Origin: a phage
Direction: 5' to 3' (one strand)
Length of the DNA stretch: 61,166 nucleotides
Sequence record: PZ386952.1
Part shown: piece after piece, positions 55,458-61,166 of the stretch
Layout of the letters: each line of letters begins with the position of its first letter
How positions within the stretch are numbered: position 1 is the first letter of the stretch
The notes under the pieces: model-generated
Told to the model about the DNA's origin: nothing
The model's database searches: none
What the model saw: the letters and a program-made list of their open reading frames with translations, nothing else
Translations under genes and position numbers: made by a program

Positions 55458-55754
55458 ATGTTGTATTTAGGTATGGATGAAACTGGACACGAAATTCCTT
55501 CTGTTAGCAAAGAGACGCAAGTATTTACCGACTATTATGGGTCTACTATCCCTGTTGAGCCTTGGGCTAACTTTATTGCTGTAGATGCAGACGGTAAAGT
55601 TCATTGCTATGACGAAAAACCTTATTCGTATAAAGCTGGTAGGCAATGGATGATTGGTTGTGATGGTACAAAAGTTCGTTACTGCGGTGAAGTTGACCTT
55701 GAAGGTATGGACTGGCGCGATACATTGAAGGAGATTAAACATGTCCACAGCTGA
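55458..55754 (+). CDS. hypothetical protein
   Basis: 98-aa ORF. Confidence 0.4.
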   Translation: MLYLGMDETGHEIPSVSKETQVFTDYYGSTIPVEPWANFIAVDADGKVHCYDEKPYSYKAGRQWMIGCDGTKVRYCGEVDLEGMDWRDTLKEIKHVHS

Positions 55755-55830
55755 AGTTACCACATTCATAATAGCTTTTGCGGTTGCTTTATTTCTTCTA
55801 GCTAAGTTAGATTTATTTATTGGGTGACTT

Positions 55831-56022
55831 ATGCAAAGACTGTCAGATGATCGTGTTGCTAAGCTTGCGGAATATGACTGTGCAAGCAATGACGAAGTTA
55901 TGTCGTTGGCACAAGAAGTAAAGGAACTTCGTGCTGTAGCAAAGGACTTCCTGCGTCGTAACAAATATGGTCCTTTGTTCTATCGTGATTTGTATAACCG
56001 TTTTAAGGAGATTGTGAAATGA
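55831..56022 (+). CDS. hypothetical protein
   Basis: 63-aa ORF. Confidence 0.35.
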   Translation: MQRLSDDRVAKLAEYDCASNDEVMSLAQEVKELRAVAKDFLRRNKYGPLFYRDLYNRFKEIVK

Positions 56023-56288
56023 TTACTGCTCAAGAAGCTCGTGATAAAGTCGAACAAATTAATATTCAGGAATGTATTATGTATCTGTCTTCATGTATAA
56101 CTAAAGCCGCAGAGGACGGGAAGAGAAGCATCGATTTGCATAGTCGTCCTTATAATATGATAGGTTCACCAGACGCTAATGATGAAATAAAACGTGTTTG
56201 TGACCTTCTTGTGGAAAATGGTTTCATTATTGAACACAATTCCGCGTCGACCCAATTAGATAATGATAAAGTAAGGATTTCATGGTGA
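56019..56288 (+). CDS. hypothetical protein
   Basis: 89-aa ORF overlapping previous stop. Confidence 0.4.
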   Translation: MITAQEARDKVEQINIQECIMYLSSCITKAAEDGKRSIDLHSRPYNMIGSPDANDEIKRVCDLLVENGFIIEHNSASTQLDNDKVRISW

Positions 56289-56346
56289 TTGAACAAGAGC
56301 TTTTACACTGGAAAGATTTCATTAAAGAAATGTTAGGAGAGGAATA

Positions 56347-56739
56347 ATGCTATTAGTTGTCACCGGAGGTCGAGATTTTAAACATGTAGAGTATATTTAT
56401 GCTCAACTGGATAAGTTGCATATGCAAAGAAGGATAACCACACTTCGCCACGGTGACGCTGACGGTGTTGACCGCATTTGCGCACATTGGGCAGAGCGCA
56501 ACGGTATTAAGACAGAAGCGTTCCCTGCCCCGTGGGACAATCTTTCCTTACCAAATACCAAGATACGGTATAACGCCAAAGGTGCTTATAATGCACAAGC
56601 TGGCGCTTACCGCAATCAATTAATGTTGGATACTGATCCTAAACCAGATCACGCTATTGTGTTTCCTGGCGGAGCTGGTACTATGGATATGTACAGAAGG
56701 ATTAAAGCATCCGGTATTCCTTACACTTTAGCGGAGTAA
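56347..56739 (+). CDS. SLOG-family (DUF2493-like) protein
   Basis: VVTGGRDF ... HGDADGVDR ... FPGGAGT Rossmann-like glycine motifs. Confidence 0.45.
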   Translation: MLLVVTGGRDFKHVEYIYAQLDKLHMQRRITTLRHGDADGVDRICAHWAERNGIKTEAFPAPWDNLSLPNTKIRYNAKGAYNAQAGAYRNQLMLDTDPKPDHAIVFPGGAGTMDMYRRIKASGIPYTLAE

Positions 56740-56742
56740 ATA

Positions 56743-57213
56743 ATGGCTGACGTTAAAACTATTGTTGATGCAATGGACGAATCCAAAGAGTGCCAACTGA
56801 AGAAGTCGTTTGAAGTAAAACAGGTTACAGAGACGCAGTTGATAGCCAACTTTGCGCGTTATTGCGGATTGGGGCGCGGGAAAGACTGGAACGGGCTTAT
56901 TGTTATGCCCACGTCACAGATCCTTGTCTATGTCCGTAATGTTGTAGAAGATCTTTTACGTCTTCAAATAGATATTGGTGACGTAGAAATTAACATGACC
57001 GCGAGCTCTACCATTGTGGTTAAATGGCAGTCGGGCGAGACACTTCGTTTGGAAGCGTGTCATTGTGCTAAAAGCTTGCACCACCTGCGCGGCTGTCATT
57101 ACCAGTTTGTTGGGTTTGTGCATCCGCAAGGGTTAAGCGAGCGTACGGCGCTGGTAGCGCGTTTGCTGCTGTGTCCTTATAATAACGAGCCAGAAGTTAT
57201 ATACGAGGCATAA
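56743..57213 (+). CDS. hypothetical protein
   Basis: 156-aa ORF. Confidence 0.4.
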   Translation: MADVKTIVDAMDESKECQLKKSFEVKQVTETQLIANFARYCGLGRGKDWNGLIVMPTSQILVYVRNVVEDLLRLQIDIGDVEINMTASSTIVVKWQSGETLRLEACHCAKSLHHLRGCHYQFVGFVHPQGLSERTALVARLLLCPYNNEPEVIYEA

Positions 57214-57214
57214 G

Positions 57215-57637
57215 ATGATTAAACACGTCAAGCAACCAACATTGAATACATGCGTTTCTGCGTGTTTGGCAATGATTCTTAATAGACCTGTAGAAGAAGT
57301 AATTGCGGAATTTCATGATCGATATTACAACAACTGGGAAATAACAATTTCCGAATATCTAGTACAAAACAATGTTGACCACATCTGTTCTGTAGGCGGT
57401 GGGCGTGAAACTATATACATGGGAGGTTTGTTTTTGTGCACTGTCCCAAGTCTGAATGTTCCTGGAGCACTGCATCAGGTTGTGATCGATACAACTAATC
57501 ATAAGTTTATTGTACATGACCCAATTAAAGGTTGGGAAGGTAAAAAGTTCTACGTTGGCCCGGATCAAGATCCTGAACAGCCAGGAGCATTCATCATTCA
57601 TACTTGGGTTAAAGACGTTGAGATTGTGCTTAATTAA
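57215..57637 (+). CDS. C39-like (papain-fold) cysteine peptidase domain protein
   Basis: VKQPTLNTCVSACLAMIL matches the Q...C..ACLAMIL catalytic-Cys signature of peptidase C39 domains; downstream His/Asp (IVHDP). Confidence 0.5.
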   Translation: MIKHVKQPTLNTCVSACLAMILNRPVEEVIAEFHDRYYNNWEITISEYLVQNNVDHICSVGGGRETIYMGGLFLCTVPSLNVPGALHQVVIDTTNHKFIVHDPIKGWEGKKFYVGPDQDPEQPGAFIIHTWVKDVEIVLN

Positions 57638-57699
57638 AACCCTTGCTATCAGATAACCCTTCATTGTATTGTGTACCCATCGAATAAGAGGGGTACACA

Positions 57700-57885
57700 A
57701 TGACCAAACTATACGCCGGATTGTTTTTATTTGCGACGTTAATGTTCGCTGGCCTTTATACCTATACAGTAGTTGAACAACCTTCCACGGTTATCCGAAT
57801 CTTTGCAAGTACAGGGCTTTGTATCTGTCTTATTCTATTTGTTTTATGCATTGTTATTATCCAAGACCAAAGGAAAATTAAATGA
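57700..57885 (+). CDS. small membrane protein
   Basis: 61 aa with two hydrophobic helices. Confidence 0.35.
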   Translation: MTKLYAGLFLFATLMFAGLYTYTVVEQPSTVIRIFASTGLCICLILFVLCIVIIQDQRKIK

Positions 57886-58352
57886 CTGAAGAATGGAAAA
57901 TGATTCCTTTATTTCCAAAATATGAGGTTTCCACTTTAGGTAGAGTTAGGAGAGTTAATAACCACAGACCTCTGTCCGGCTACATCTTGGAGGGACGTAG
58001 ACGTTATACTTTGCGTCATAACGGTAAGAAATACGGAGTTGATGCTGCAAGACTGATGTGTTACGCGTTTAGAGGACTTATTGAAGGTTACGAGAAACTA
58101 GATGCAAGACATCTTGACGGCAATCCGTTAAATAATGTGTTATCTAATGTGGATTGGGGTACGCGTAAAGACAATATGATAGACATGGTTCACCATGGTA
58201 ATGCTTGCCATTCTTTTACAAAGGAAGAAGTGCTAAGTATTAGGGAAAGAGCAGCTAATGGGGAGAGTCAAGCTTCTATCGCAAGAAGTATGGGCAGGTC
58301 TGTAGCTCTTATTAACTGTATTGTATTAAGAAAAACCTATAACGAATATTAA
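57882..58352 (+). CDS. HNH homing endonuclease (NUMOD4 + HNH)
   Basis: IPLFPKYEVSTLGRVRR (NUMOD4-like) and HLDGNPLNN...WGTRKDN (HNH motif). Confidence 0.7.
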   Translation: MTEEWKMIPLFPKYEVSTLGRVRRVNNHRPLSGYILEGRRRYTLRHNGKKYGVDAARLMCYAFRGLIEGYEKLDARHLDGNPLNNVLSNVDWGTRKDNMIDMVHHGNACHSFTKEEVLSIRERAANGESQASIARSMGRSVALINCIVLRKTYNEY

Positions 58353-58415
58353 TGGGGGTGGGTTATCACTACTATAGCGTTTGATGGAAAAGTATTAGCT
58401 GCGGACCGTGGCGTT

Positions 58416-58829
58416 ATGCGCGGGGAAGCTGTGACTGCTTATAAGAAAGTTCATAGCGTGAATGGACATCGTGGACGGTTTTTACTGGGCTTGTGCGGCC
58501 TTACAGCATTTACCGATCAGGTGTTGCGTTATTTTAATAGCGCGGAACCTGTTAAGTTTCCTGATATTAAACTTTATAGTAAAGATGATGATTACGGGCA
58601 AACTTGCGGTCTTGCGGTTACTCCGGAAGGTACTTGCCATTTTATTTATAATGATGGTACTTTGAGCGAGCCCATGCTGGATGGATGGGGATCTGAGGGT
58701 AGCGGTTGTGTGTTTGCCGCTGGCGCGTTGGCTGCTGGTGCAAGTGCGAGCGAAGCTATCGAGCTAGCAATCAAGCATACCACATGTGCATTTCTTGGCG
58801 TTGATACAATATCGTTTGAGGGTTTTTAA
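58416..58829 (+). CDS. hypothetical protein
   Basis: 137-aa ORF; start uncertain. Confidence 0.35.
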   Translation: MRGEAVTAYKKVHSVNGHRGRFLLGLCGLTAFTDQVLRYFNSAEPVKFPDIKLYSKDDDYGQTCGLAVTPEGTCHFIYNDGTLSEPMLDGWGSEGSGCVFAAGALAAGASASEAIELAIKHTTCAFLGVDTISFEGF

Positions 58830-59090
58830 ATGACTACATTCAGTCACCTGATCCCACCTGCTTATCATAGTAAGGTAGTTGACCACGGGACGCATGTTGT
58901 AATTGGTGGCGAAATCTTTATCACAGATAACGAGGAAATCGCCATTGCAATTATTGACAGCACTCAGCATGACTTTATGGTTATCCTGCAACACGAACCC
59001 GATAACTTCACTTTTTACTCCAGCTACGGGGTCGATAAAGGTGGAAAAGGTCTTGTTAGCTGGTACATTAGCGAGTGGTTTGACGGGTAA
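58830..59090 (+). CDS. hypothetical protein
   Basis: 86-aa ORF abutting previous stop. Confidence 0.4.
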   Translation: MTTFSHLIPPAYHSKVVDHGTHVVIGGEIFITDNEEIAIAIIDSTQHDFMVILQHEPDNFTFYSSYGVDKGGKGLVSWYISEWFDG

Positions 59091-59172
59091 TCTCCTTAGA
59101 TCAATTCTCCTTGCGCCGTATCAAGTTTCTCTGTTACCCTTCAGTGGTTCATGTCAAGCGGAGGAACTCGAT

Positions 59173-59610
59173 ATGGCGCTTCAACCTCGTGGTATTCGTA
59201 ACAACAATCCAGGTAACATTCGCTGGGGTGATAATTGGCAGGGATTGGTCCCTGTTGATAAGCGGACCGATAAATCTTTTGCTCAATTCACGCAACCGAT
59301 TTACGGCATTCGTGCGCTAGCGAAAATCCTGACAAACTACACCAAACGTGAAGGCATGCCCAATGTAGGTAAGAAAAACATCGACACTGTACGTGAAATT
59401 ATCGCTCGTTGGGCACCGCCTAACGAAAACGATACGGAAGCGTATATTCGCTCTGTTGCCAAAGCAATTGGTGTTCAACCTAACGATCCAATTAATGTCT
59501 TCGACAAGGCAATTATGTCAGGATTGGTGAAAGCAATCATTCGTCATGAAAATGGCATGATGCCCTATACCGACGACGTAATTAACCGCGCTATTGCAAT
59601 GGTACTTTAA
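59173..59610 (+). CDS. putative endolysin / cell-wall hydrolase
   Basis: ATG at 59173 with GGAGGA RBS (track start 58903); 145 aa, RNNNPGNIRWG motif; call is mainly positional (next to holin and spanins). Confidence 0.4.
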   Translation: MALQPRGIRNNNPGNIRWGDNWQGLVPVDKRTDKSFAQFTQPIYGIRALAKILTNYTKREGMPNVGKKNIDTVREIIARWAPPNENDTEAYIRSVAKAIGVQPNDPINVFDKAIMSGLVKAIIRHENGMMPYTDDVINRAIAMVL

Positions 59611-59646
59611 CTGACGGGGCGTTAGCCCCTTTTATTTGGAGGGAAC

Positions 59647-59991
59647 ATGTTCAATTCACCCAACGAACATTGGGCAGTTCTAGCGGGGTTTGCGTTTATC
59701 TCCCTCATTGGGGGAGCTCTCGGTTATGTCATGCGTACAATAGACGCTGGTAAGAAAGTACGGGCAAGCATTGCATTTCTTGAAGGCTTATCCGCCGCTT
59801 TCTTTGGCGTTATAATGTATGCGATCTACAGGGAGTTTAACATCAGCCTTTGGTTCGCTTTTGGCCTTGCTGGCCTATTTGCTTGGGCAGGTTCACGTGC
59901 TACGCTAAAAGCCCTAACGTCGCTTATAGCTTCACGGACAGGGATCAAACTCGATTCAGGGGACTGCAAACATGAAAACGATTCTAAATAA
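59647..59991 (+). CDS. holin candidate
   Basis: 114 aa with three hydrophobic helices and charged C-terminus; between endolysin candidate and spanins. Confidence 0.5.
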   Translation: MFNSPNEHWAVLAGFAFISLIGGALGYVMRTIDAGKKVRASIAFLEGLSAAFFGVIMYAIYREFNISLWFAFGLAGLFAWAGSRATLKALTSLIASRTGIKLDSGDCKHENDSK

Positions 59992-60448
59992 CTTCTTCGG
60001 TTTTATAAAAACTAAACCGCGTCTGTTTATCGAGTATTTGATGATCGGCGCGGTTGTGTTTTTATGCGGGGTGGCCGCATACTTGTGGTCACAAAACGAG
60101 CTGAGCAAAACTAATTTAAAACACGCTGAGCAAAGACTAACCGTTGTAGAACAGGACAATGCAAAGCTGGGCGAAGCTGTTGTATTTCTTGCATCCCAAC
60201 GGGAGAAGGATACTGAATCTTATAGAAAATTGGCTTCAGCAATTAAAAGTGAGCAACATAACCACAGGTTGCTTCAGGACAAATTAAAAGCACTGGAGAA
60301 AAGCAATGCCGACGTCAAAGCTTATCTTAATGAGCGTGTTCCTGATGATTTGCGCAGGCTGCTCGACGCAGACTCAACCTCCCCCAGCTCCACAGATAGT
60401 GAAGGTAAGACTGCCCGCGCATCTACTGGTGGAATGTCGGGAAGTTGA
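59972..60448 (+). CDS. i-spanin (Rz-like)
   Basis: N-terminal TM helix followed by coiled-coil periplasmic domain. Confidence 0.55.
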   Translation: MKTILNNFFGFIKTKPRLFIEYLMIGAVVFLCGVAAYLWSQNELSKTNLKHAEQRLTVVEQDNAKLGEAVVFLASQREKDTESYRKLASAIKSEQHNHRLLQDKLKALEKSNADVKAYLNERVPDDLRRLLDADSTSPSSTDSEGKTARASTGGMSGS

Positions 60449-60611
60449 GAAAATTCCTTTGGTTTATACGAGGGATATTATCCAACGTTTGCAGGATACA
60501 GAAACAGCTCTGACTGAATGTAAACTGAGGGTTAAGGAAATCATACGCTATGAAGCTGAAAATGTTTCGCTTGATTTTGTAGGATCAAGCAATTATATTC
60601 AGCCTAAATAG
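60306..60611 (+). CDS. o-spanin (Rz1-like lipoprotein), overlapped with i-spanin
   Basis: Signal plus lipobox-like LMICAGCS; Pro-rich; starts inside i-spanin gene in another frame and extends past it. Confidence 0.5.
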   Translation: MPTSKLILMSVFLMICAGCSTQTQPPPAPQIVKVRLPAHLLVECREVEKIPLVYTRDIIQRLQDTETALTECKLRVKEIIRYEAENVSLDFVGSSNYIQPK

Positions 60612-60631
60612 CAATAAGAAAGGGGGCTTCC

Positions 60632-61166
60632 ATGAACGGGGCAAGTCAAGAGCAATATGATCGTGACTGGACGAATTACATCCAGTATGCAAATAGCTTG
60701 TCCGCTGAAGAGATGGCAATACGTGACAAAGTTGTTGCTGAGTACATGTTCGACTACAATTGGACTAACGCTTGCATGAGATGCGGGTTCAATGCTATGT
60801 TTGCACAGGAGCTTGGCCAACGCTTTGCCACGGACTGTTATGTTCGATGGAAGCTCAAGGAGATTGAAAGATCCCGTGTTCAACGTACTTCTGAGCAAGC
60901 TAACATTGAAGCAGACCTTGAGCGTCAGCATATCATTGAAGCATTAAAACGTGAAGCTCATTATACAGGACCGGGATCTTCTCAAGCTGCTAGAGTGGCT
61001 GCATTGGGCAAGCTTGCACAAATTTATGATTTGGATGCTCCCAAGAAGGCTAAAATTGATGTTACTAACAGAGGCGGCGTAATGATAGTCCCTGCTGTAG
61101 CAAATATTGACGAATGGGAAAAAACTGCATCCGAGTCTCAACAACGACTAGTTAAAGAGACTGAAG
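60632..61166 (+). CDS. terminase small subunit candidate (3' partial, runs off window)
   Basis: ATG with AAGAAAGGGGG RBS; 178 codons open to the window end; not in ORF track; sits just before terminase large subunit if the molecule is circular. Confidence 0.45.
   Translation, partial: MNGASQEQYDRDWTNYIQYANSLSAEEMAIRDKVVAEYMFDYNWTNACMRCGFNAMFAQELGQRFATDCYVRWKLKEIERSRVQRTSEQANIEADLERQHIIEALKREAHYTGPGSSQAARVAALGKLAQIYDLDAPKKAKIDVTNRGGVMIVPAVANIDEWEKTASESQQRLVKETE

Noticed and set aside
1-61166. tRNA genes
   Set aside because: No cloverleaf-compatible GGTTCGAATCC-type T-arm with matching acceptor stem was seen on manual scan; this cannot be excluded without a tRNA scanner.

Overview
The window reads as an essentially complete, compact genome of a tailed dsDNA phage (siphovirus-like, lambda-type tail gene order), with no integrase or repressor seen, so it is probably virulent. 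Layout: (1) 1-24.1 kb, + strand: terminase large subunit, portal, scaffold-like protein, major capsid protein, head-tail connectors, major tail protein, a tail chaperone with a programmed -1 frameshift, tape measure, gpM/L/K/I-J-like tail tip proteins, a long tail fiber with a C-terminal self-cleaving chaperone domain, and a few small accessory genes. (2) 24.1-53.4 kb, - strand: DNA metabolism (family B-like DNA polymerase, clamp-like protein, SF2 helicase, prim-pol primase, ligase, RNase H, dUTPase, a Sak4/SSB/exonuclease recombination module) with an embedded 7-deazaguanine (preQ0) DNA-modification cluster (DpdA, FolE, QueD, QueE, QueC, YhhQ-like transporter). (3) 53.6-60.6 kb, + strand: small early-type genes, a SLOG-like protein, a C39-like peptidase-domain protein, an HNH homing endonuclease and a lysis cassette (endolysin candidate, holin, overlapping i/o-spanins). 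(4) A terminase small subunit candidate runs off the 3' end and would continue in frame into position 1, suggesting a circular or circularly permuted assembly. Signals not explained by the gene calls: a decamer TGTGGTTAAG present in at least 10 exact copies with strand bias; an ~830-bp non-coding region (50777-51605) with iteron-like repeats; a ~560-bp palindrome-rich non-coding region (54080-54641); and stem-loops inside the minus-strand block whose U-tracts lie on the + strand. All calls rest on reading motifs, synteny and the ORF track; no database search or folding was run, and several gene starts were re-chosen by eye from RBS context.
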